From Bacillota bacterium (GTDB lineage Bacteria > Bacillota > JAAYKD01), in assembly GCA_963666425.2 (NCBI GenBank), contig OY762825.2, positions 512,001-576,000 of the forward strand: DNA of 64,000 bases. Reading direction: 5' to 3'. The position numbers and the translations under genes were made by a program. This document shows positions 10,694 to 20,978 of the stretch, piece by piece; position 1 is the first letter of the stretch; every line of letters begins with the position of its first letter. The notes below the pieces were generated by a model. The model was not told the origin of the DNA. It worked only from the letters and a program-made list of their open reading frames with translations, and did no database searches.

Positions 10694-10737
10694 ATGGGGC
10701 GACGTGTTCGGGTGCCCTCTAGAGGAAGTTGCTTGCT

Positions 10738-12015
10738 TTATTCGTTGACTTTATGACCAGTGAGTGTGCCAAGGTTGCTGAAACCGCTCTCACCCATAAC
10801 GAAAATACTGCAGTTGTTGATCAGGATGCCGCTGCTGCTGTTGAGGAAAGCGCCGCCGCTGACCCGCAGGAAGAAACCGTCGAGGATTATAGTGGCTTCA
10901 TTGCTAAAGCTGCCGCCGATCACATCCAGCATGCCACCGTGTGTGTTGACATTACCAGCTTTGAGGAAGATCGAACCCCGGTTAATCACTTCGCCGCTGA
11001 AGAGACGCAGCTGACCGCCAATGGGGCCGTTGTCGCTGAGATCCGGCAGTGAACTGGCCGCCAGGTTGATGGCGCCGTTGTTGATCAGTTTGCCGTTGTT
11101 CTGCACCGCCAACACGGAATAGTTGATGAAATCCGGGCGGATGCTGTCGGCACCCAGGATGTTCAGCGTGCCGTTGTTGGTGAGTGTGCTCTCCACATAA
11201 AAATCGTTGCCGCGGTTGACGGTAACGGTTACCCCGGCCGGAATGGTGAGTTCGCCGCTGATGATCACGGGTGTGCCGATGGAATCGACGGTGATCAGGT
11301 TGTAACTGCCGGATGCCAGTGCCGTTTTCAGGGTGTCGTAAGAGGAAACGGAAATGGTGCTGGGAGCCGGTTCGGCCACAATAGCTATGGCATTGGCGTA
11401 GGCATCGTTCGTGAAAATGTTATCGGCAATCAGCTTTTTGGCCAGGTTCAGGCTGCCGGTTTTCAAATCTGCCTGCAGAGCCGCCCAGGAAATCAGGCTG
11501 ACATCCGAGCGCAGAAAGTTTGTTGTATCCACACCGCTGGGCAAGATGCCCACCGCTGCCGCCAGTGTGTTCGGTTCGTTCCAGACAAAATCGCCTTCCG
11601 TATCGCTGTAGTTGAGGGCGCGCAGCATAAAGGTGAGATACATGTCGGCATCGGCATTGCCTTTGCCGAATTCCGTGGCGGAAATGCCCATGGTCAGACC
11701 CTTGCTGTAAGCGTAACCAACATAATTGTCGGCCCAGGCATCCACATCGGTAAAGGGATGTGTCCAGGTTCCGTTGAGCGCTTCCGTTTCTTTACCCAGG
11801 GTGCGGATCAGCATAATCATGGCTTCGGTGCGGGTGGGTGCTCGGTTGAGAGCAAAATCGGTATCCGATACCCCCTGAAATAAGCCGAGGGTTTTCAGCG
11901 CCTGCGCTTTGGTTTCGGCTTCCGCGCTGTTGGCGGCATAGACCGGTGTCAGCAGGCACATGCTCAAAGCCAGCACAAAAAGAAAGCTGATGAGACTCTT
12001 TGCTGTGATTTTCAT
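10738..12015 (-). CDS. Secreted SLH-like surface protein with beta-helix-like C-terminus
   Basis: Signal peptide MKITAKS...VYA; LNRAPTRTEA, HPFTDVDAWADNYVGYAY; N/G-rich repeats; start reassigned to 12015. Confidence 0.75.
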   Translation of the reverse strand: MKITAKSLISFLFVLALSMCLLTPVYAANSAEAETKAQALKTLGLFQGVSDTDFALNRAPTRTEAMIMLIRTLGKETEALNGTWTHPFTDVDAWADNYVGYAYSKGLTMGISATEFGKGNADADMYLTFMLRALNYSDTEGDFVWNEPNTLAAAVGILPSGVDTTNFLRSDVSLISWAALQADLKTGSLNLAKKLIADNIFTNDAYANAIAIVAEPAPSTISVSSYDTLKTALASGSYNLITVDSIGTPVIISGELTIPAGVTVTVNRGNDFYVESTLTNNGTLNILGADSIRPDFINYSVLAVQNNGKLINNGAINLAASSLPDLSDNGPIGGQLRLFSGEVINRGSIFLKAGNVNTHGGMLDVIGGSFSNEATIILDGFFLRVSGGAFLNSSSGILINNCSIFVMGESGFSNLGTLTGHKVNE

Positions 12016-12127
12016 TGTTTGTTTCCCTTGCCTTTCCTGATATTTCGTTTGCAACAGCTCTATTTTACAGAAACGGGGTAAACAAAAGGTGAGCTGGCAG
12101 CCCACCTTTTCAAGACAATTTGCTTTT

Positions 12128-13717
12128 CTATTCTGTTTTTGCCGCAAAGAGGCGGTCGGCGTTGGCCAGGAGAACGGCAGTCTCGCCTTTGCTAATGTCT
12201 TCCGGACGGCCGACACCGCTCAGCATGCCGCTCTTTTCGGCAAATTGTAGGGCAACCCGCACACCGGGGTAAACGCCGTTGTCGTCTTTGAGGCTGGTAT
12301 AATCGGTTACCTTTTCCGGCCAATAGATTTTCACCGCCACATAGGTCATCACATCGCGCGGTAAATATTGCTCGTCGCCCATGCCCCAGGGCAGGAAATT
12401 GTGCTCGCTCTCGTGCGGCAAACCTTCTTCCGGCAGGGCGTAGACATAGTCGCGGTCGTAGCCGTAGAGTTCGGTTAAGATGGTTTTCACAAAACCAATG
12501 TCGGCATAGGCAGCGGAATCGTCAAACAAATGGGTATTGAATTTTTGCTGCAGGTAGGTGATCGCGTCGGTCACGCGTTCTGCATCGGTGGCGACGGTGG
12601 GGATGATTCCCTCGGCAAAGGGGTTGTAGGTGGCGGCGCGATACCAGCGTAAGCCAGCCCACACAGAGAGCGCAACAGCTGCCAACAGGCAGACGCTCAG
12701 CAGGATTTTATGCCGCAGCTGCGCCGCCGGGTTTGCTTCTTGCAGCGCTTTCTTCAGCGCCGCTGCGTTGCGGAAGCGTTCATGCGGCGCAAAAGCGGTG
12801 CACTTGTTAATGATTTTGGCCAGCGGCGGGTAGATGGCGCACTTGTTGTTGGCTTTCTCGCTGCCGGTAAAGAGAAAACGCAGCAGGATGCCGAAGGAAT
12901 AGATATCGGCGCGGCCATCTGTCTGCGAAAAACCGTATTGCTCCGGCGGGGCATATTCGCGGGTGCCGAAGAATTGCGTATCTGTTTCGGCTTGCTGGTG
13001 ATAGACGCGGGCAATGTCAAAGTCAATCAGCACAAGTCTGCCATCCGGACGGATGATGATGTTTTGCGGTTTGATATCGCGGTGAATCACGGGGTTTTCC
13101 TGGCCGTGCAGGTAGATTAAAATATCGCAGAGCTGCAGACAGAGCGCCAGTTTACTGGCCTGATCGGGCGATTGCTCTGCTAAGCAGCGGTTGGGTGGAC
13201 AGAGCGGCAGTTTACTGGCCTGATCGGGCGATTGCTCTGCTAAGTAGCGGTTGGGCGGACAGAGCGGCAGTTTACTGGCCTGATCGAGCGATTGCTCTGC
13301 TAAGTAGCGGTTGGGCGGACAGAGTGCCTGTTTGCTGGCCTGATCGGGCGATTGCTCTGCTAAGTAGCGGTTGGGTGATTGCTCTGCTAAGTAGCGGTCG
13401 AGCGATTTGCCTTCGATATACTCGCGGACAATGCAGACTCCCCTGTCGTTCTCGAATTCATCCGTAAAAGCCGGCAGACCACTGTGATGCAGCCCTTTCA
13501 GGATGCTGCTCTCATGCACCAGGGAGTAGAGCTGCTTATCGTAAAATTTCGCCACATAGAGCCTGCCGGTTTGCTTTTGCCGCACCAGAAAGGTTTCGGT
13601 ACCGTGGCCGTTGGCCAAACACTCCAGCTGATCGTATTGCGCTAAAAACGCAGCGGGATAAGCTGTTTGATCGAGAGAATTGAGAATTTCATTCACCGCT
13701 GTTTGCAGATTGTTCAT
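12128..13717 (-). CDS. Membrane-anchored Ser/Thr protein kinase with internal repeat insertion
   Basis: VAK, HRDIKPQN, DFD, GTREYAPPEQ, DIYSFG; TM segment. Confidence 0.9.
   Translation of the reverse strand: MNNLQTAVNEILNSLDQTAYPAAFLAQYDQLECLANGHGTETFLVRQKQTGRLYVAKFYDKQLYSLVHESSILKGLHHSGLPAFTDEFENDRGVCIVREYIEGKSLDRYLAEQSPNRYLAEQSPDQASKQALCPPNRYLAEQSLDQASKLPLCPPNRYLAEQSPDQASKLPLCPPNRCLAEQSPDQASKLALCLQLCDILIYLHGQENPVIHRDIKPQNIIIRPDGRLVLIDFDIARVYHQQAETDTQFFGTREYAPPEQYGFSQTDGRADIYSFGILLRFLFTGSEKANNKCAIYPPLAKIINKCTAFAPHERFRNAAALKKALQEANPAAQLRHKILLSVCLLAAVALSVWAGLRWYRAATYNPFAEGIIPTVATDAERVTDAITYLQQKFNTHLFDDSAAYADIGFVKTILTELYGYDRDYVYALPEEGLPHESEHNFLPWGMGDEQYLPRDVMTYVAVKIYWPEKVTDYTSLKDDNGVYPGVRVALQFAEKSGMLSGVGRPEDISKGETAVLLANADRLFAAKTE
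13139..13400. repeat. In-frame 60-bp tandem repeat (about 4 copies plus a 24-bp partial) inside the kinase
   Basis: PPNRYLAEQSPDQASKLPLC repeated. Confidence 0.92.
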
Positions 13718-13851
13718 TTGCTTTCACCGCTTCCAATTAGGGGTAATTTTATTTCGTGTAGGACAAAGTTGGTTGGTTGTGCAGAACGCTGGTAGGTTGT
13801 TCAAAGCGACGTTGGTGGAGTGATCATTTACTTTCGCTGCTAGCAGGCCAT

Positions 13852-14305
13852 TCATTTGCTTTCGCCGTTGCCAATCAAGGGTAATTCCATTTCGTGTAAA
13901 ATGCTTTGGGTTTCCACAATAGTCATGCCATGATGTAAGCAGTAAAGGATGGCGGCATCGCGTTTGATGCGTGGATAAAGCAGGCTCATACCGGCGCAGC
14001 GTAGCAGTTCCTGCGCCGTTTCCACATTGGCGGCAAAGCCAAAGGCCAACTGCAGCACAGTATCGCGGGAGGGGTTGCGCGTACCTTTGAAGAGCTGATG
14101 ACCAAAGGAACGCTCGATGTTCGCTCGTTTGATGATGCGCTCCGGCACCAAGCCTTGTTCGCGGCAGAGCGATGTGATTTTTTCGCTGAAGGCAGGCAGC
14201 TGCATTTCCTCGGCGTTTTTTTTTCATGAATTGCTCCAGATTCGAGGTTTTAAACAAACGCTTAAAAAGCATGCTGGTTTTGCCTTGATTTGCCGATTCA
14301 CTCAT
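13852..14305 (-). pseudogene. XRE-family HTH regulator split by a frameshift in an A9 tract
   Basis: MSESANQ...LEQFMKK joins NAEEMQLPAFSEK...GTRNPSRD if the T-run at 14216-14224 is 8 rather than 9 long. Confidence 0.7.
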
Positions 14306-14339
14306 GCTGCTCACTTCTTTCTTTGCCTTTGACGGTACT

Positions 14340-15800
14340 GCGCGGGGTGTGGTGGCGGAGGATGGGGACGAAGGACGGGGTACGGGGAGGTGTAAATGTT
14401 TTGGACGGGATGGGTGTTTGGGACGGTATGGGACAGAGTTACGCGGAATGGTCAAGACCATTCCCTACCTTGCACAATGTTCATAACAAACCTGCAATGT
14501 ATTTATGAAACGCCAAAATACATTGGTTAAACGATAAATCACGTTGGTAAACCACCAATTTACATTGGGCAAAACGATAAATCACGTTGGTAAACCACCA
14601 ATTTACATTGCGAAACGATAAATCACGTTGGGTAAACCACCAATTTACATTGCGAAACGATAAAACACATTGGGTAAATGTAGGGAATGGTCTTGACCAT
14701 TCCGCAACGTATCGCATAAGTCCGCAAAGGTATATAAAACCGTCAAAGCATGCTGCATGGTTACCCGGACTTGAAACATGGGAACCCATGCTTGGGACGG
14801 GGTTACGCGGAATGGTCAAGACCATTCCCTACCTTGCACAATGTTCATAACAAATCTGCAATGTATTTATGAAACGCTAAATCACGTTGTTAAAAACGAT
14901 AAATCACGTTGGAAAATCACCAATTTACATTAGCAAAACGCTAAAACACATTGGAAAACCACCAATTTACATTGGCAAAACGATTAATCACATTGGACAA
15001 ACCACCAATTTACATTGCGAAAAACGATAAAACACATTGGTCAAACCACCAATTTACATTGCGAAAAACGATAGAATATGTTGGGTAAACCATCAAAATA
15101 CATTGGCAAAACGATAAAATACATTGGGTAAACCAACAAATTACATCGGACTAAACGATTAATCACATTGGGCAAATGTAGGGAATGGTCTTGACCATTC
15201 CGCAACGTATCGCATAAGTCCGCAAAGGTATATAAAAACGCTAAAATACGTTGGTCAAATCACCAAACCACATCGGACTAAACGATTAATCACATTGGGT
15301 AAATGTAGGGAATGGTCTTGACCATTCCGCAACGTATCGCATAAGTCCGCAATGGTATATAAAACGTCAAAGCACATTGCATGGTTACCCGGACTTGAAA
15401 CGTGGGTATCCGAGCATGAAACATGGGAACCCATGCTTGGGACGGGGTTACGCGGAATGGTCAAGACCATTCCCTACCTTGCACAATGTTCATAACAAAT
15501 CTGCAATGTATTTTTGAAACGCTAAATCACGTTGTTAAAAACGATAAATCACGTTGGACAAACCACCAATTTATATTGCGAAAAACGATAGAATATGTTG
15601 GGTAAACCATCAAAATACATTGGCAAAAACGATAAATCACATTTGGGAAACCACCAATTTATATTGCGAAAAACGATAAAATACGTTGGACAAACCACCA
15701 ATTTACATTAGCAAAACGCTAAAACACGTTGGGTAAATGTAGGGAACGGTCTTGACCGTTCCGCAACGCATCGCATAAATTAGCTTAACCATTCCCTACC
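14340..15800. repeat. REP cluster B (7 REPs) forming inverted REPINs with ~20-nt minisatellite spacers
   Basis: REPs at 14443>, <14680, 14807>, <15178, <15305, 15452>, <15739; spacer units aaaccaccaatttacattg / aaaacgataaatcacgttgg. Confidence 0.92.
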
Positions 15801-16335
15801 CTTTCAATTTCGGTTCGGCATGATATAAGCGGAAGTAATCAAACACGCAATCCTCGCCATCATAGGGCAAAACACGCGTGTCGCAATAAGTAAATCCAAG
15901 TTTTTCAATCACGCGGCGGGAAGATTTGTTTTCTGGTTTGACAATAGCAGAAAGCGCAGTCTGACCCGCTTCTTCCATTGCCCACCCGATCATCGCTTTG
16001 GCCGCTTCCGTAGCATAACCTCTGTTTTGCTGCTCATCGCTGACGGCGAATAAAACTTCAATTTCACCATTTAACTCCTGCTTTGGCGCAGCGCCCACAT
16101 AACCAATCAGCCGGTTGTTCTCTTTCAGCTCAATCGCCAGCAATTGGCAAGGCTCTTCGTTATTGCATTTGGTCTTCAGCCAGCGGATCCACTTCTCTGC
16201 CGCTTCTTTGCTTACCAGCACCATATCGGACATAAAATGCGCCACAATGGGTTGTTTGCTGAGGTGAGATGCCGCTTCAGCATCCGCTTCGTCAAAGGAA
16301 CGCAGCAGCAAACGTTGTGTTTCTATTTGTAACAT
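15796..16335 (-). CDS. GNAT acetyltransferase (RimJ/RimL-like)
   Basis: IETQRLLLR, QNRGYATEA, ENKSSRRVIEKLGF; start reassigned using GGAGG RBS. Confidence 0.88.
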   Translation of the reverse strand: MLQIETQRLLLRSFDEADAEAASHLSKQPIVAHFMSDMVLVSKEAAEKWIRWLKTKCNNEEPCQLLAIELKENNRLIGYVGAAPKQELNGEIEVLFAVSDEQQNRGYATEAAKAMIGWAMEEAGQTALSAIVKPENKSSRRVIEKLGFTYCDTRVLPYDGEDCVFDYFRLYHAEPKLKG

Positions 16336-16352
16336 GAAAAATGCCTCCATAT

Positions 16353-16588
16353 AAAATAAATCCTCCTCAGCAACATTGCCAAGGAGGATAGATAAAACGA
16401 AACAAAGCAAAGACGCAGACATTTTAATGCGACAGCCCGCTGCGATTCTATTCTCTTCTTGACAATAAACTAAGGTTCCTGAAATTGCTTAACCAATTTC
16501 TTTTTGTCAGAAAGATTTATAGTATCATTGGTATGCCCCTTTCAAGTGAAGTTAAGGGCACTATAACAAAGGCAGCGGTTATTGTCAA
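16353..16588 (-). promoter_or_regulatory. SigA promoter, leader with MIL uORF, and attenuator terminator
   Basis: TTGACA(16588-16583)-17-TATAGT; AAAGGGG RBS + ATGATACTATAA (16528-16517); hairpin 16360-16389 + U tract. Confidence 0.7.
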
Positions 16589-16614
16589 GGAAAAAAAGTC
16601 TTAATTTTTCCAGT

Positions 16615-17709
16615 TTATTTTGTGGTTTCGTAGGTTCTTACCGTCATTAATATGGCTGCTTCGCGGGTTGCCATGCCATAACCGGCTGCGATCTGCGCCG
16701 TGGTGGTGGCTTTCGGCATGAAATTACCGGAAGTATCGCCCAGGATGATGCCAAGTTTAAACATGTATTTGGTAGCTTCCGCTGCCCAGGAGGAAATCTC
16801 CTTTTGATCCGGGAAATCCGGCACACCTGTGATGCTATAATCGGCATTGGGCCGCATGGCGGTGATGGCACGGAAGAGCATTGCCGCGCATTGTTCGCGA
16901 TTGATCAGCATTTGTGGTGAAAAAGCGGTTGGTGAAGTTCCCGCCGTAATTCCCAGTGCATAGGCTTTGAGTATGACCGGATTAGTGGTATCGGTAAAGG
17001 GATTGATCGCCACCGGTGCGGCAGTGGTCAGCGTGACTTTTTCATAGAGCAGCACGGCCAACTCGCAAAATTCCTCGCGTGTGGTGGGTTTGGTTAGATC
17101 GGCTCCTTGCAGTATTTTTGGAATCAGACCTAATTCGTTGGCTTTTTTCAGCTCCGGTTCGGCCCAAGCACTGGCATCGGAGTAGAAAGCGGTGGTTCCG
17201 ATGCTTACTTCATTAGAAACAGCAGAATAGATCGGGTCTACATCTGGCCAACCTTCGTAATAATCGTAATAAACATGCAGCCGATAGGTATAGACATGGC
17301 TTTTAATGTCAACGGAGGTCAGGCTGCCTTCATCGATGGGATCGAAAGTCACGGCAAAATCAGTGGCGATGACCGGTGTTTCGCCATCTTCGCCGCCGGT
17401 AAAGACATTGATATAACCACCGCCGCCATAGTCACCCCAGTCGCCCTCATCCAGCTTCACGGCGTACTCCCAAAAGACCGAACCACCGGCGGGCGCTTCG
17501 CTGTCCAAATTGAGCACGCTTTGGGGCAGATAGACCAGCGCTTCAAAATAAGGCGCACCGCTTTCGTAGTATTTCAGCTCAATGCTCTTCATGGTGGGTG
17601 CCTCCAGCACAGAGGGAACGCCTTGCGGCAGAGCAGCCAGTGTGTTCATCGGCAGCATAATGATCATCAGCATGAATATAATGAAACAAGCCAGGTAATT
17701 TTTCTTCAT
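16615..17709 (-). CDS. Secreted SLH-domain protein
   Basis: Signal peptide; YSDASAWAEPE, TREEFCEL, PFTD, INREQCAAML, FPDQKEISSWA. Confidence 0.85.
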   Translation of the reverse strand: MKKNYLACFIIFMLMIIMLPMNTLAALPQGVPSVLEAPTMKSIELKYYESGAPYFEALVYLPQSVLNLDSEAPAGGSVFWEYAVKLDEGDWGDYGGGGYINVFTGGEDGETPVIATDFAVTFDPIDEGSLTSVDIKSHVYTYRLHVYYDYYEGWPDVDPIYSAVSNEVSIGTTAFYSDASAWAEPELKKANELGLIPKILQGADLTKPTTREEFCELAVLLYEKVTLTTAAPVAINPFTDTTNPVILKAYALGITAGTSPTAFSPQMLINREQCAAMLFRAITAMRPNADYSITGVPDFPDQKEISSWAAEATKYMFKLGIILGDTSGNFMPKATTTAQIAAGYGMATREAAILMTVRTYETTK

Positions 17710-17775
17710 CTTGATATCCTCCTCTTGAGATAATTGAAATAAGTGATTTGGTATTCGACAAAATGCCAGTCTGGT

Positions 17776-18114
17776 TCAGACGTTTTGCGGCATATTGCTG
17801 CGATAGCGGATGATCAGCTCAGCGCGGGATTTGACCTGCAGTTTCTTATAAATACTCGTCATATGTGTATTGGCCGTGGAGTATTGCACGGAAAGCTGCT
17901 TAGCTGATTCTTTCAGCGTAAAACCTTCCAGGAGAAGCAGAAAGAGTTCCCGCTCACGCGGGGTTAAGAAAGCCAATCGCCGGGTTTGTTCATTACCGGA
18001 AAGAGTGGATGATGCCGCTGCCAATAGCACTTCACCGGAACTGAGCTTTGGTTTGGGTGCGTTTTTTCCGGATGGCGCGGCTAGCTTTTGCCGGAATGCC
18101 TCCCATAGTTTCAC
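17776..18114 (-). CDS. LuxR-family HTH regulator
   Basis: LTPRERE...STANTHMTSIYKKLQVKSRAEL. Confidence 0.85.
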   Translation of the reverse strand: MKLWEAFRQKLAAPSGKNAPKPKLSSGEVLLAAASSTLSGNEQTRRLAFLTPRERELFLLLLEGFTLKESAKQLSVQYSTANTHMTSIYKKLQVKSRAELIIRYRSNMPQNV

Positions 18115-18269
18115 ATTTTCACACCTCCTACTGTTGCCACATTCGTTTTGCTATGTTTTGGATCACGTTTTGATTTTGCCTGTTTTTAGACCAGCCGTCT
18201 ATTCATTAGTTCTGCTGAAATGTAAAATAGCGCCTCATTAGTTCTAATGAGACGCTGTTTTTATTGAGT

Positions 18270-18698
18270 TTTCGAGACCGTAATATGGAAAACCACCAAT
18301 ATGCATTATGCAAAACGATGAACTACGTTGGGCAGAACGATAAAAACATATTAGTAAAAAAACGATGAACCACGTTGGAAAACCATCACTATGCATTATG
18401 CAAAACGATGAACCACGTTGGGCAGATGTAGGGAACGGTCTTGACCGTTCCGCAACGTCCCGCATAAATCGGCTTGATAGGTTAACAGCTGCGTGGTATG
18501 GGATCGAGGTTAAAAAAGAACGAAGAACGAGGAACGAAGAACGAGGAACGTGGTCACGCGGAATGGTCAAGACCATTCCCTACCTTGCACAATGTTCATA
18601 ACAAATCTGCTTTGGCTTATTCCGAACGCCAAAGCACGTTGGGCAAAACGATTAATTGCATTGCGAGATCACGCGGAATGGTCAAAACCATTCCCTAC
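18270..18698. repeat. REP cluster C (3 REPs)
   Basis: <18428, 18558>, 18673> (one mismatch); GAAGAAC/GAGGAAC microsatellite before 18558. Confidence 0.9.
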
Positions 18699-18728
18699 GC
18701 CGGAGTGATTTTACCATAACATGCTTTC

Positions 18729-20168
18729 TTATTCGGTGAGGTAATCTTTGAACATCAGTAACAATTCTGCTCTGCTGTTGATGCCCAATTTGCGATAGGC
18801 AGAATTATAATAGGTGTTGACAGTAGAGTAAGCAATTGGCAGTATTGCGGAAATTTGGCGCAGCGTGTAGCCACGCAGCAGCAGATCACAGACTTCTGCT
18901 TCGCGCTTGCTTAAGCCGTATGGTTTGAACAAAGCCAATTGATCGCCGCTTACGTCTGTGTAAGCGGAATCTCTCCCCCAATCGTTGACGTATTCCGCCC
19001 GCTCCATCAGCGGTGAAACAAACATAAAAGCAATCATTACTACCGCGGATAGAATGGAAGCGTAAACGGAAACCTGCATCGTACCAATTCGACTGATCAG
19101 ATTACCTAAGACAATACCGGAAATACCGCCGCCGATGCCAATAGAAAAGATGAATAATTTAATATAGCGCAAGCTGTTGTATTTTTTGCCAATCACCCCA
19201 AGGATGTAATACATATTAATCATGCCAACCGTGCTTCCTAAACCCAGTAAAACAGCAAAAGGCAACGCCAGTTGCGGTAGTTGCTGGCTGAATGCGTTGC
19301 ACATCAGTCCAATGGTGACGCTGGAAAAAGTGATGTTTCCCAGCCAGATATATGCTTTTTTTGCATAGGCATAAATCAGCAGATAAAACACGCAGCCCAA
19401 AATGCCACCGAAATAATAACCGGTTAGAATACCGATGTTAATCCCACTGGGCAAAGCATTGAGAATTCCCTTACCCACACCTTTACATAAAATGGCGATA
19501 GCACAGTTGAAAAGCAGTGACAAATAGATACGAGAATTCATGACCGACTGTGTTTCAGGGGGAGTTGAATCCTCATTTTCTGTTGCGGTCTCGTCTGTTT
19601 GCGGCCGAAAAAAAAGAATCATCAGCAGAGAACTGAGCAGCAGTGCACCGGAGAGCAACGGTTCCGTCCAGATAAATAGGTTATTTTCTCTGAATATGGC
19701 AGTAAACTGAATGAGCAGGTTGCTGGCGACCACCGCATAAAGCTTTTCGGTGTTATTGAGCGTGAACACAAACGGAATCAGAATGCAGATGTTAACACAA
19801 CCCATAGCAACAGCACTAACGGTCGCAGCGATTATTCTTATTTGCGGATTAACCGAAATGTAGAAGGCAATCAAACCAGCAAAGATCAGGAGCGCACCAA
19901 TGCGGGCAGCTTTGGCGAACCATTGCCTGCGGATCAGAAAAACAAACAGCGCCGAAGACAACAGGATGGTGATATGCATCAGATTTCGGATTTGTTGATC
20001 AAAAGCGGTATCCCTGAGGGGAGAACCCAACCACCAGGAAGCAAAAATGCCGATCCAGGCATAATACAACACCCAGATGGCAAGGTAAGGTAGATTTTCC
20101 AGGCGAAGGCCATGCGGATGAACTACATTTTCCGGGGGCAATTGATATTTCATTGTCGTTTCCTGCAA
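18729..20168 (-). CDS. Multi-pass membrane sensor with C-terminal LuxR HTH
   Basis: About 12 hydrophobic helices, then LSKREAEV...STVNTY..AYRKLGINSRAEL. Confidence 0.88.
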   Translation of the reverse strand: MQETTMKYQLPPENVVHPHGLRLENLPYLAIWVLYYAWIGIFASWWLGSPLRDTAFDQQIRNLMHITILLSSALFVFLIRRQWFAKAARIGALLIFAGLIAFYISVNPQIRIIAATVSAVAMGCVNICILIPFVFTLNNTEKLYAVVASNLLIQFTAIFRENNLFIWTEPLLSGALLLSSLLMILFFRPQTDETATENEDSTPPETQSVMNSRIYLSLLFNCAIAILCKGVGKGILNALPSGINIGILTGYYFGGILGCVFYLLIYAYAKKAYIWLGNITFSSVTIGLMCNAFSQQLPQLALPFAVLLGLGSTVGMINMYYILGVIGKKYNSLRYIKLFIFSIGIGGGISGIVLGNLISRIGTMQVSVYASILSAVVMIAFMFVSPLMERAEYVNDWGRDSAYTDVSGDQLALFKPYGLSKREAEVCDLLLRGYTLRQISAILPIAYSTVNTYYNSAYRKLGINSRAELLLMFKDYLTE

Positions 20169-20269
20169 AATGATTCCTCCTTGTTAGCAGCACGGCATTG
20201 GTAAGGTTTGGCTAATGTTATAAGGAAAATACGGAATGGAAAACGGAGCCACAAAGAATGAAGAACCAG

Positions 20270-20930
20270 GGATGGGGGATGGGGGATGGGGAACGGGGTG
20301 ACGGGATGACGGGATGACGGGATGACGGGATGACGGGATGACGGGATGACGGGATGACGGGATGACGGGATGACGGGATGACGGGATGACGGGATGACGC
20401 GGAATGGTCAAGACCATTCCCTACCTTGCACAATGTTCATGACAAATCTGCAATGGATGTATAAAACGCCAAAGCACGCTGGGTAGAAATGATAAAACGC
20501 AATGGTAAACCGCAAAACCACATTGGGATACCATCAAAATACATTGGGAAAACGATAAATCACGTTGGAATACCATCAAAATACACTGGGAAAACGATAA
20601 ATCACAATGCTAAACCGCCAAACCACATTGGGATACCACCAATATACATTGGGAAAACGATAAATCACGTTGGTAAACCGCAAAACCACATTGGGATACC
20701 ACCAATAAACATTGGGAAAACGATAAATCACGTTGGGTAAATGTAGGGAACGGTCTTGACCGTTCCGCAACGTATCGCATTAATTAGCTTAATAGGCTAA
20801 CGGTTGCGTAGGATGGGAACGAGGTTACAAAAAACGAGAGACAAGGTTACGCGGAATGGTCAAGACCATTCCCTACCTTGCACAATGTTAATGACAAATC
20901 TGTAATGGATGTATAAAACGCCAAAGCACG
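20270..20930. repeat. REP cluster D: (GGGATGAC)12 microsatellite and 3 REPs with minisatellite spacer
   Basis: 8-mer array 20303-20398; REPs 20399>, <20743, 20851>. Confidence 0.93.
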
Positions 20931-20978
20931 CTATGTAGTTGTAAGGATGGTTTGGTTACATGCGCTCCACATCACTAC

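Noticed and set aside
13724-14461. 245-aa ORF as a real gene
   Set aside because: Chimera of a REP-derived start, the XRE N-terminus and out-of-frame read-through after the A9 tract
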